A stretch of DNA of 64,000 nucleotides from Balanoglossus misakiensis (Eukaryota; Animalia; Hemichordata): assembly GCA_040954595.2 (NCBI GenBank), contig CM082587.2, positions 4,886,206 through 4,950,205 on the forward strand. The letters are read 5' to 3'. The notes beneath the pieces are model-generated. The model was not told where the DNA came from, made no database searches, and worked only from the letters and a program-made list of their open reading frames with translations. This document shows, one piece after another, positions 50,997-63,100 of the stretch. Numbering within the stretch: the stretch's first letter is position 1; each line of letters opens with the position of its first letter. The translations under genes and the position numbers were made by a program.

Positions 50997-53900
50997 ATGG
51001 AAACAGACAGGACAGATGAAGGCAATGAACCGGACTCCCTTTTTAAAATCACATGTGACTTCTGCCTGCAGCTGTTACAGTCATACTGCAGGCACTCTGC
51101 GAGCCCACTGGCCGGCATACAGCAGGGCGTGTACATGCCCGTGGAGATATCCGACAAGTTGATCAACCGGTGCGCGGCGCAGAGGCGAGTGACAGACTCC
51201 TTTTTGACCTTGTTCTCCAGCCTGTTCGTCACCAGGCTGTCGCACCTCAATTTACACGGCTGCCCGGGCATTCGCTACGGACTCCGAAGCATCTGCGAGC
51301 ACGACTTGGTGGAGTTGGACATCTCGGACTGCTGCAACATCGAGCTGTCCACTCTGCCGGATTTACAGCGGCTCGGCTCCACGCTGGTTTCACTGAACGT
51401 TAGCGGGTGCCACCGGCTGATGTGCGAAGTCGCGGCCAGCGACTTCCAATTTACAAAGCTGCGGGTGCTGGACATCGGAAATACGAGGCTGTCGCCGCCG
51501 GTGTTGAAGGAACTCATCCCACCGCTGGTCAGTCTCACATCATTGGATGTCTCGCACGAAGTCAGTAACGGCGATTTGACTTTCTTAGACTCGGTCAAAA
51601 ATACCCTGAGATCCCTGGTGTTGTTTGACTGTAATTTAACCCTAAGCAGCTTCACATACATTTGTCAAATGAAAGCGCTCCGGTAAGTTTTTCAGACTTC
51701 TTCAACTCTCGGCCAAATTGCTGTACAGCTTTAAACACAGAAAAACACACATGGTGTGTTACAAAGCCAAATGTATATAGACCTGTTCAGAGCTATTAAC
51801 CAGCATAATTTCCTGGGCTGAATCACTGCATGTAACTATATTGATTCATTCCAAGAAAGTATGAAGGCATTACTCTTCTTTCCAGACATCTTGATATTTC
51901 ACAAGACATGGGCGGCAGTGAAACATTGGTGTCTCCGAACGTATTGCCTAATCTGATTGAAAGCTTACCATCTTTGGTGTCGCTGGATGTCTCCGGGACA
52001 GACATTGCATTTCATGAGAACTACTTTGATAGCAGGTGAGGTTGGAAAACACTGGTAGATATATGGACTTCCTGTGGAATATTTTCAATTTAGAATTCCC
52101 ATGATGAGTGGCTGACAGCTCTTGTCTTCCTCCAGATGTACATTTGTAGGCCCCCATTCACATTTTTATTTTTGCATCCGCAGTTCATCTGATAAGGAAG
52201 ATAAACAAATGACTCGCATAGGTGGTTTGCAAAATCTTACCAGGCCACTGGAGTTTCTAGGACTACAAGACACCGATGCCTGTGAACAGGAAAATATCCC
52301 AGCTCTGAAGGTAAAGTGCACATTAATATTTATTTGCTAATACAGTCTAATTTCTGAAATCACATACGTGTAATAGTTACTAGTCATTGGTTTGTCAAAA
52401 ATGACCAGCTTGTTTATGTTTGTTTGTTTGTTTGTTTGTTTGTGTACAGGTGACTGGAGGTGCCAATGAGCAGCAGATTGTCAACGCCTTAGAGGTGTAC
52501 GTGAACAGGGAACCGTTCTTCGTGAAGGCGCTGAACAGCCTCTTCGACATTGCCAGGGTGTCGGAAATAAGAGATCCCAATCAGGTCATCAAGGTAAGGG
52601 AGACATGCCAATCAATCAAGTCAAATCTGCCAAACTGCTTGTCTTTCCAAATGACTTAACTGCTCACTGTCCACTATATGTCTTCTTGTTCCCTAGTTAA
52701 TTGTAGCTGGGATGGAAAGACATGTTGACAAATCCAGTGTGCAGATATCAGGCAGGTAAGGATCATATAGCACATAAATACACCACAAAATTTACATTTA
52801 GTAAAACGATGTTTTGCTGGTGAATCACGTTTGTTTAGCCCAAAAATGTGAAGAACATTATGAATAATACATGTCGGTAACGTTTTCAATCATTGTCTTT
52901 CTGTCTAAAACAGTGCGTCACTTTATCACCTGACAAAGAGAGAGGCCTGCGTTAAGATCGGATACCGACTAAGGAGGTGAGTTCAGTAAATTCGAAATTA
53001 ATGTTTGAAGTGTCTGATGCAACATTTCAGTTGCACTGATCGTGAGAAAATCACCTTCAAACAAATCGTTGTGCAACACATATTGGTCTGTTTCAGGCGT
53101 TCTATCTTAGCCCTGGTCACGGCCATGGAAAACCTGCCGCAAGAACCCACGCTGCAACGCAACGCCTGCCTGACGCTGTGCAACTTCAAGGTGCCCGAGG
53201 AGCTGGAGTTCGTGTACGAGAGGGTGGCGCGCCAGTTGCTGCGGCTGGCCACCGACGAAGTCAACGACGACTTCATCCAGAAGGTGGCAGTGTATCTGTG
53301 CAACGCGATTGTCTGCCAGGTTGACGGCGTGCAGAAACAGTTGGTTGGCAAGATCGGTGTTGTTACGGTGAGCGATAATACAATACCGATCAGAATTTTT
53401 TCAACGGGGTAAAAACGTAATGTTTAAGCTAAATGAAACCATTCCTGATGTACCACTACTAGGCAATGTAGGTTTTCACAAACTAAAGCTTTCCTGATTT
53501 CCGATTTGACAGACAATGCTGAGATTGATCAAGGGCAGACTGGAGAAGAGAATCTGCGATGAAGTCATGGAAATTGCTTGGAGTACACTGTGGAATGTTA
53601 CTGGTGAGATAGACCACACAAAAAATAATCCTGGAATTTAAATATAACTGTTTGCCGATTTTTTCTCTCGGCCGTCGTTTGTGCTCTGTTTTGATTGACA
53701 CTGGGATCTGTCTTCTTGCAGATGAAACAGCGGAGAATTGTCAGATGTTCTTAGAAGGCAACGGGATGCAGCTGTTTTTGTCCTGCTATACTGTAAGTGA
53801 CTACAGAATAGTGTAGCATTTATATTTACTTCAGCATGGTTCGTTTCTTGGAAAATTTCAGTGCATGACTAAGACGTTCTTTGAACTGCAAGGAAAAGCT

Positions 53901-54978
53901 TTGTAACTTCATGTTTGAGCAAATTATCCTAACTTTGTTTGTTTTTTCTCTACTCCCCAGGTATTTCCAGCCAAGCCGGAGTTGCTACGCAACATGATGG
54001 GGTTGCTGGGAAACGTGTCAGAGGTCAGAGAGCTCCGGGGGGAGCTCATCAAATATGCAAGCGTCTTCAGGTACGTGGAAACACAGAGAATCTCGTGAAA
54101 CAACCGTCGCAAACCATCCACTAATGATTACTCAACATTCTACATTTAACTGTGTTCATTCATTTTCCCCACTTTGCAGTCATTTGCTAGACAACCTGAG
54201 CGATGGTATTGAGGTGAGTTACAACGCGGCTGGTGTCCTCGCCCACATCGCGTCGGACGGCGTGGAAGCCTGGGATCCCGAACGCTCCAACAGAGGGGAA
54301 GTCTTGGACAAGATGGTGGCGGCCATCGAGTCGTGGGACTTGAAGTCCACCAGAAATATTAACTACAGGTGCGCGAGTTATGGCCATCAAATTTAAAATT
54401 TGAAATGACCATAATTTGTATGTTAACTCTATGGAGAGAATGTAGTGATTTTTATGAAAACAAAACAGTGAACACCTTGTTTCCTCCTTTGTTTTCAAAA
54501 AGACGATTTTCCCGTTTTTTTCTTCTGAAAGGTCGTTTGAACCAATCCTGCGTCTGGTGTCGTGCTACCATACGCCACAAGTGCAGCTATGGGCTATCTG
54601 GGCATTGGCAAATTTGACTACAGTCTATCGTAAGTTAGTCATCTTTTTTTCATACGCGAGAGAATTTCATCCTTTTGGCATGTTTTACATGTCGGTGGTT
54701 TGATAGTTAATTGCACGGTCAGAGTGCAACGATGTCTCGGCCAGTTTTCCTGAAAGGGCTTGGGTGTTGACGTAATTCTACCTTCCTTACTGGGAAAATC
54801 TCCGCTCTTCTTCGCAGCTGAGAAATACTGCGGTTTGCTGAGAAAGGAAGGGGGTTGCGATCTGCTGCAGACTGTCCTGGAGACTAACTCCCCAATGATG
54901 CGCATCAGAGAGTTGGCCCAGAAGACTCTGAACAACGTTGAAACCTTCGAGGATGGCGAAGCCAACATACAAGACTGA
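50997..54978 (+). CDS. ZER1: Protein zer-1 homolog (CRL2 substrate receptor; VHL-box, LRR, ARM), ~13 coding exons
   Basis: N-terminal PDSLFKITCDFCL (BC/VHL box), LRRs, RNACLTLCNFKVPEELEF, LCNAIVCQVD, AWSTLWNVTDET, ELLRNMMGLLGNVSEV, DGIEVSYNAAGVLAHI, RNINYRSFEPILRL and EKYCGLLRKEGG. Confidence 0.92.
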
Positions 54979-56130
54979 GAACATGGAAGTATGTAGTCTG
55001 AGGTAAGTCTTATATTAAAAATAAATATTTCTACCAGCTGTAAGCGAAATGAACACATGAACTTTGAGATATTTTCGTGACACAATATCAAGTGGTTGAT
55101 TATTTTGAAATCTTGTTAATACTTTCTTTTTTTCCTTCCAGAGATTGACTGATTTGTAAACCCAAAGTGAATCTTCACCACTATACAGAAAGACGGCTGC
55201 AAGTTTTTATCGAATGGCTCCAGGTGTAAATAATCCCAAACTGGGAAAGTCTGGTCTTTTTTTAAACAATCTAATCTCCGGCGATAATCATGGCATATAC
55301 GCTAAAATGAATAATATATATATTTATCCTATGTGGAGTGTAACAAGCCGCGAAATGGTAGCAGTTCTGTTTTCTTGTATTTAAATTTGCAGATCATGAC
55401 GAAAGGCGATGTGACTTTTGGAAACGTGTAGGTGGTATTCTCTGTCAACTGTCTTCTTGAATGAATCAGAGAAGTTTTGTTTTGAAAAGGTTTCATTGAT
55501 TGTACCATTTCTGTAACCACTTCTGTCCCGATAAGTAGAATTAGTTCGGACAATGTTGTGGTATTATCAAGCAAATAGCCTATTCTGGAATGTTTTTTTT
55601 TAATTAACATGAAATATTCAATTGTTTTATGATGTGATCATACTGACTTGAATTCTTTATGTTGTACAGACATTTACAGGCACTGCTGGTGACCATAGAA
55701 CATGCTGCTTTGTAAAAATTCTATTAACACACGTTTATAGGTTGATAGATTACACACATACATACATACATTGGGAACATTATTTTTAGATGGAAACACA
55801 TTGAACCAGATGAAAAGATCATTGTTATCACGCATTTTTTTTCTGTAATTGTCACTTAGTCAACAGACTTGCCTGTACGGTTTCTGATGTAGAATTGCAA
55901 GTAATTAATCGAGCTGCATTTAGCAATATTAAAGATCCAATAACTGTAGCTTTTGACCGGTTTTAGTACTTTTGTTCACTGCCTTATCACAAGCATTATC
56001 ACTATTTCACCTACAATCTTTGGCAATGCAATGGATATCGTTGCTTGAATTAACTACCATGCGTATTTTACAAATATAAACAAGATTAAGTGAGTTGGTG
56101 TCTTGTTAAGGTGGGTATATATGTATATTT

Positions 56131-57504
56131 TTATTGAAGATCATGGAATTGAAAGTATACTATTCTGCTTCCGCCAATTAAGTCGTTTTGAACCACATCG
56201 TCCTCAGGGTCCGGCGGTGGACCAACAGTCACTAAGAGTTTGCTAAAACAGAGTGGCCTAGAAATGTAAAACTGGAGCGATTTGGGAATTTCTAACTGTC
56301 GCACATCTGCCAGTCTTTCCGGGCCCACCGATTTCCTGACGGCCTGTCTGCACAGTCGTTTTAAAGACGGCGGGGTGCTGGCGAGTGCGACGAGGAAATT
56401 GGTGAGTTCCAAAGCGTCGGATTTCCGAAGGAGCAGCGGCAGTCGTCCGCGTTCGTCGTGGATGCGGAGGATAGTGGTGTTGTCGAGGATGTGGCAGAGT
56501 CCATCGGAGGAGGAGACGGCGTTGGAGACGTTGAAGAAGCTTCTCCTGTGCGTGCGGGTTCGTGGGTGGACGACGAATCGGCAGTTGGTGTTCCCCCACA
56601 AATGCTGGTTGTCCAGGTACTCGTACAGCGCCGTGTGTCCCAAGTTGTTTCTCACGTCCGGGTCGGCGCCGTTCTGCAGCATCTCCACCACTATGTCCTC
56701 GGGGGCTTTCGACCGGGCCGCCAGGTGCAGACACGTGCTGCCTTCCAGGTCCCGCCTGTTGATGTCCAGGTGGTACGCCAACAGAAACTTCATGCACTGC
56801 AGTCGGTGCATGCGCGAGAACTTGCCCAGGGCGTGCAGGGCCGTCCTGCCCAGACTGTCGGTGCGGTGCACGTCCACCCCGAGCGTGATCAGCTCCTCCA
56901 TGACCTGGAAACTGCCGTACTCCACGGCCTTGAGGAACGGCGAGATGCCCCTGGAGTCTTCCGTCTCCAGGTCCCCGCCGTAGTGTTTCAGCAGAGTGTT
57001 GCAGCCCGGGTAGTTGTACACGGCGGCCAGGTGCATGGGTGTGTTGCCCGTGATGTCCTGCGCGTTGGGGTTGGCCCCGAAGGAGCACAGAGTCCCCAGG
57101 TACGACACCAGCAGATCGTCGGCGTCTCCGTCCTTCTTCGTGAACATCCTCTGGTAGTGCAGCTTCCTGATCAGGTAGTGCAGGGCCGTCCTGTGCGTGC
57201 GGTCTCCGAAGTTCGGGCTCAGCCCGCTCTCCAGCAACATCCTCAAAATCTCCATATTCATGTTGTTGCCGAGGTGATAAAACATCAGGTGATGCGGAAG
57301 ATAGATGGGGTCCTCTCCCTCTTCCGGGCCGTAGGGCAATATTTCTTCCCAGTCGATGTCGTCCTTCACGAACTCCTTGCAGCCCTCGACGTCCTGCTCG
57401 CGGATGATTTTGTGCAGAAGCTGTATCTGTGACCGCGCCCAGTTGGACTTGAAGGCGCCCTTTGAGCCGACAAGCCCCATCAGTAGGGAAGCTGCTGTAA
57501 ACAT
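56131..57504 (-). CDS. Ankyrin repeat and SOCS box protein (ASB family), single coding exon, 457 aa
   Basis: About 6 ankyrin cores (TALHY, TPMHLA, SPFLKA, TALHA, TCLHLA, TALYE) and a C-terminal SOCS box PPSLKRLCRQAVRKSVG...LEIPKSLQFYI. Confidence 0.92.
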   Translation of the reverse strand: MFTAASLLMGLVGSKGAFKSNWARSQIQLLHKIIREQDVEGCKEFVKDDIDWEEILPYGPEEGEDPIYLPHHLMFYHLGNNMNMEILRMLLESGLSPNFGDRTHRTALHYLIRKLHYQRMFTKKDGDADDLLVSYLGTLCSFGANPNAQDITGNTPMHLAAVYNYPGCNTLLKHYGGDLETEDSRGISPFLKAVEYGSFQVMEELITLGVDVHRTDSLGRTALHALGKFSRMHRLQCMKFLLAYHLDINRRDLEGSTCLHLAARSKAPEDIVVEMLQNGADPDVRNNLGHTALYEYLDNQHLWGNTNCRFVVHPRTRTHRRSFFNVSNAVSSSDGLCHILDNTTILRIHDERGRLPLLLRKSDALELTNFLVALASTPPSLKRLCRQAVRKSVGPERLADVRQLEIPKSLQFYISRPLCFSKLLVTVGPPPDPEDDVVQNDLIGGSRIVYFQFHDLQ

Positions 57505-58025
57505 GATTTCCAGACTTCACCGCGGATCATTTCGTTCATTTCATTGGAAGATAATTCTGTAGTTTCGTCCATGCCATGCGTACGAAGGCTCTGAAGAGAA
57601 CCCTCGCTCAGAACAATCGCTGGTGCTAACTTTATTCGATCGCCTGATGGCGCTGCGCTTTCTTAGCATCTTTGAACACTGCGCGTGCGCAGTTCTTGTT
57701 GCTTCAAAACTTACAATCCCCGATACTTCTGAATGTTATTTTTTCTTTATGAACCCCACCCCCCCCCCTCCCTCCCACACACACACGCTCTATCAGGGAT
57801 GTGTATGTATATCTAAAATCATTTCTGTCGACCGCGCGTCATGCATCTAAATGTTGGCCGCGCCCGAGTTACTCGACGTTCCAATTTGAAAGATTCTAGA
57901 AGGATGGAAGAACATCACCCAAGTCCGGTTTTTGAATGTATCGTTGCCAATACATACATTCTGTGAATGTAATGTATTTCATTTAAAATAACCAAGACAC
58001 ACCTACCTTTTAAAATCATGGTAAC

Positions 58026-60193
58026 ATGAGGCTTGGGAGAATTATTCTGGTGGCGATCATACTGTGCGTCTTGGCCTGTGCTCAGGACAGATCAGGTACG
58101 ATTTTTGTCTTTCCTAAACGGAGCTTTAAAATCCTGAAAATTGAAAGATAGCGATAGTTTTAGACCTGTATAGGTGGCCATTACAAAAGTCGGATTTTGT
58201 GCGCTCCTTGACATAACGCGCAGTTTTTTTACAGGTCGAAGAAGTGACTACAGAAGAGGGATTCGACGGAAAAGCGACGACCAATCAGACGGACTCATTA
58301 CTGGAGTGAGGAGGAATGGGGAGGGGTTAGTCGTCGGGCGACGTAGACATTTCCAGAGCGAGAATGTCCTCCGAAAAAGTAAGCGATCGTCTGAAGTCGA
58401 TCGCATTGACAGAATGATGGACAGGGATTTGGAAGACGAACTCGCGGAAGAAGCGAAACTAAAGAAACACCTGTTGAACGGCGGCCACCCGTTTGGCAAT
58501 CGCGACCGTCCCTGGGGTCCCGGCCACGGAGGAGGAGCGCCGCCGGCGGGTGGTCGCGACGAGCAAGTGCCTGGGATGCCCGGCTTCGCGGCGCATTTCA
58601 GCGAGTGGACGAAATGGTCCGGCTGCAACGTGACCTGCGGCAACGGCGTCCAATCGCGATCGCGCGAGTGTGCGGCGGGCGTCATAAACTGTCCCAAATC
58701 CGCTCTTCTGGAGAAAAGGCTGTGCCACGTGATCCACTGCGGCCACACGATTTTAGGTAAGAATTCTTCATATAGTTTGATTGGGCTTGTTTCGTTTTTA
58801 TTTGCTGGCCGCATCTGTCAAGCTCATGCATCCTCCAACTTCACCTTGCTACACCTGTCTATATTAACTCTCTTACTTTTTCTCAGCGTACATCATTAGT
58901 ATCTGCGTACTCAGTGGCATAGTTGTGACTGGTGCCATAATATTCGCCCTGCTGTTATCACGATCCAAAGACGGGTAAGTGACCAATATATCTTGCAAAA
59001 TACACCAACCACTTTCATTAAATTCGTGCAATCTGGTGAAGTACACGTTACACGTTCACTTTCTGAAACACTACATCTCGCTCTTCCCCATCTTATATCA
59101 GATATCGCATGTTGTTTTTAACCAAGAAGAAATCTGAGGCTAAACGGAAACCGGGCGACGCTATGCCACCGCCTCCACCGCCCACAGCTCCAAGACCACA
59201 ACCTGGCAGGTATTTACCGGGGGTCGTTATGAAATCCAGTCCATTTTAAGCATTTTGATAAATTCAGTAAATTACAATAACTTGTTTCGCTCCCTAATTA
59301 TGCCCAGTCTTAATGATAGGACGGTACAATTGGTGCCACTGACACTTTTCGCGCATTCATAGTGTTCGACATCGACAATATCAACAACAACAACAACAAC
59401 AACAACAACTCAGTGACTCACTCATCCAGTAACTCACTGGGGAAGTCACGTGTCAATCACGCACTCATCTCAATGTATTCACATTTAATTTCTCGGTCAC
59501 TTTTTCCCTCTTCTAAACGACGATGCAGTACCAAAACAGAAACGGAAGATGTGTACAACACAATACCAAGCGATCATGACAGCGAAGAATGCCTGTACAT
59601 TGACCCATTCAAAGATGTGCCAATTAATGAGGAGTCTAGAAAAGAGTAAGTTGATCAACCCCTATCGTCGATGCAAGCTTTTAATGCACGTAGATATTTA
59701 AGTAATTACTAGTACGTTCCGCTTTCAACTTGTTTTAGGAGTGTATTCCCGGACTATTCTCCTCCGTCGACACCAAAGAAAACAGACAAACCCAGTCGGA
59801 GCTCAACTAAAGGGTAAGACCTGCAACTTCTTACATCGCATTATTCCCACATCCATGGTAATGATGTGATCACAGATGTTTCCTGTCTAGTTCGCCAGAT
59901 TGAATGGTGATTGGGCAACCGCATTGTTCCAGGCTGCTTGTTTAGTTACCGACTGTACAGTAATCTGCTACAAAGAAATACTAAATATGCTTTCTAAATG
60001 CGACTCATCTCTGTGTGTCTGTCTGTCCGCCCCCTCTCTCTCTCGCCCTCATGGTGATAGCGAACAAGAACATCTCTACGAGACACCATACTCAGCGGAC
60101 GAAACCAAGGAAGACGAGGAACATATCTACGACACTCCACACTCTCCGGATGAACTAGATGAAGACATGTATCTTGAGATCGAAGCCCCCTAA
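58026..60193 (+). CDS. Type I membrane protein with one thrombospondin type-1 repeat and a Pro/Tyr-motif cytoplasmic tail. Exons 58026-58095, 58235-58756, 58887-58974, 59102-59209, 59529-59645, 59739-59813, 60061-60193
   Basis: Signal peptide MRLGRIILVAIILCVLACA; TSR FSEWTKWSGCNVTCGNGVQSRSREC...C...C...C; TM AYIISICVLSGIVVTGAIIFALLL. All six GT-AG junctions keep the frame. Confidence 0.82.
59381..59409. repeat. Intronic (CAA)n microsatellite
   Basis: Visible run. Confidence 0.9.
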
Positions 60194-63100
60194 GCACCCA
60201 CGAAACTGGACATGACCTCCGACACTCAATGACCCCACTGGGTAGAAAAATTCACTTTTCATTTTTCTCTCTCTTATATAAAGTTTTGTCCTGTCAACCA
60301 TGTTGATAATAAACCGTTTGGTTAAACTAGTATTATTGCCTACATGCTTTTATGTACTTTTGGCAGTCGGTCGATCAGAAAAGTTCTTTCACCTCTGTGA
60401 TAGCACAGCGTCGGGTTGGAATGTGAGAATACTAGTACATAGGAAAATGTCGCCCGTTTACGATTCAACCAATTCCCGAAAATGCATTACCTAAATATTG
60501 ACAAACAGTTAACAATATCGGGTCTTTGTGTCGCTCGGGGAGAGCGGACAAGTTCACGCGGACACATTTCCTTCTTTGTATGGACCAACTTCACGATTTG
60601 TGAATACAAACGAGATTGTCCGGGAAAAGCAAACTTCATCAACTATAGAAGCAGTGCAGCACGAAACCTCCCAGTGTTTTTGTTAGGATGCTGCACAACC
60701 GAAACAGGACATTGGTCGGTTAAATAAGCGGTTTCTATAGAATGTCGGTTTATAAGTCACAAATAGGCGTGGGAGGCCCCGCGCGACATTTTCTCGTCTA
60801 ATTTTAGTTCCATTGGCATTGCCCCCGGGCGTAGTGCATTGTGGGACGGGCGATGGCGTGTGTAATCACCGCCGTCCGCGTTGTGACAACATTGAAGACA
60901 CTACAAGCAAATTAAATTAGCCGGGACGGAACGGATTTTTTTTTGTTCCGATGAATGGGTTGTATACTTTGTCTCTCGTTTTTTTATTTTTCACACAAAC
61001 AGTGCCAACGGAGGGGGTTACCATATCGCTACCGGGTAGACGCGGACCGAGCACCACCCGTGAAGAGGGTACGCATTGGCCGACATCCCTTCGTGTGTGG
61101 CCGACCCGGTTTTCTATGGCACACCGTTAATATTGCACCTAATCCGCAAAATAGACGTTACTAATTGGCTGGGAAGTTTTCCGAGACTATGATTTGACCA
61201 CGAAAATATCAAGACCTTTTTTGCCGTCTTGTTACAAAACTGTGTAGGCTGGGCCATGAGAATAGCCTTGTCTAATGAGGATGAAGCATCCAGTGTGATT
61301 TGATATCGCCATATATTTCTGTCGCCATTTCTTAGAATTTTTTATTTGGACTCCCTTATGAAAATTGACAGATCAACGCTTCAACCTAAAGCACAGGTCG
61401 ATTCCTTAACACTAGCGAGTCGAGAATATCACGATCACCAAAATAAATCTAATCATGCAATTTTAAAGGTGTACGGTCCACTGTATGCAAATTTAGCCAC
61501 AGTCACCACGGCCAGTTGAGATCCAGCCGATCATCGATTTTCACACTGAGACCGGGTCATTAGGCATGCCCTTTTATGGACATACGTTAAGTAACGTTAC
61601 AGGTGACTGCATACCTCGAAGCGAGGCTGACAGAATGATCTTGAGAACCGCTTTGTGATTTTGAAGCGCTGTGCCATGTCAGAAAAAATATTAAAATGAT
61701 TGCTCATTGGTCGTCGTTTGGAATTTTTACAATCCATTCGCCCGATGACCTTTGAATCTTTCAAGTACACACGCTTGACATTGACAGAGATTTTGAATAA
61801 TTTAAAAAGTAAGGCTTTTAATTTCAGACTTCTCTAATCCGATAGGTTACAACACCAAGGCTCCGAGTCTATGGCCAACATCTATCCCGACCATCGATTT
61901 CTGTAGAAAAAAAATATGACACGAATTGTTCTGTCCCAGAAACTTTTCAAAGAAGTGAATCAGAGTTTTTAATTAATTTTCATCGCGTTTTCTTTCCTGC
62001 ATTTGACATTTCGAGTTAGCCTATCATTCTGTAGAAAATGTACAGTTTTGACAACAGCATTTCCCCCCCAAATTTGCAGAAGTTGCACTCAACAATTTGA
62101 AATGTGTCCAGGGTTCGATTCATACACCTGTACCAACTAAGAGCAGACATACGCCCGGGGGAACATACATTACCCCAGTCAAAAACAAACAAACTCAGAC
62201 AACCACCAAAGCAAGAAATCTGAATGAGATGTCGCCTGTCGTGCCCCTGTTCAGGGTAACCCCATTCCTGGCGATCGCCCACGGGCCGTTTGTTTTGATC
62301 CCCGCGGCCTGCGATGCAAGCCGGTGTCGCCGCACTGTCGGCTGGCAACAAGTGAAAGTGCCGGTCGGATGCGGTGAGGAGCCCCACTCCAGGCACTCGC
62401 AATTACAGCGACAAAGCCGACGGCTTTTATTCGCCCGTCGCGCTCTGTGTAGAGCAGAGGCACCGCATTCTATGCGTCCAAATACCGTCAGGGATTCTAT
62501 GGGCTCAGCATGAAGGGTAAAATTGGTCCTTCAAATATACGCCGAATAGAACGTTAAAAAAAAGTTCGTTTGCCTTTGTTGGGGGCGTCGGAGAATGCAA
62601 CGACTCTCCATTGTTTCCGAAATCATTTGAACACCGTTTCTACATCAGCGATAAAAAGTATAGACAGTCTGGATGTCAGATTATTTTTTTAAAAGGTGAA
62701 GTCTGGAACTCATTATGCTCTAAGACCTCTTTTAGTGGTGATCATGTGATCTAACAATATGCCAGAGAAATCAATCGCTTTGAAAAAGGCCGAAAACCAA
62801 GTAACACAAACCACGCACTATGCAAAATGCTATATTTCTCTCATGTTTTTGCCATACAACCTGAAGTGGTGGACAGGCATACATAAGAAAAACTGCACTT
62901 TCGTTTGTTTTCTAACATTTTCCCATGTATGACTCAGCAAAAAGTAAATGCTTGTAGACGAAAGTAGAAGAGCGAGTGTTCAGAACTATATGGTGGCTTT
63001 TTCACGCTCACTGTGTGATATACGTGTCAAAAACTCACACCTAAAATATCCCAGATGGAGGTGACACATTCTTTTCCACAACAGTTGCAAAATGCCAAAC

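Noticed and set aside
56258-57520. 420-aa, 324-aa and 233-aa overlapping ORFs on the ASB gene
   Set aside because: Off-frame and antisense shadows of a GC3-rich CDS.
62097-62513. 138-aa ORF
   Set aside because: Non-ATG start and no recognisable domain; not called as a CDS.
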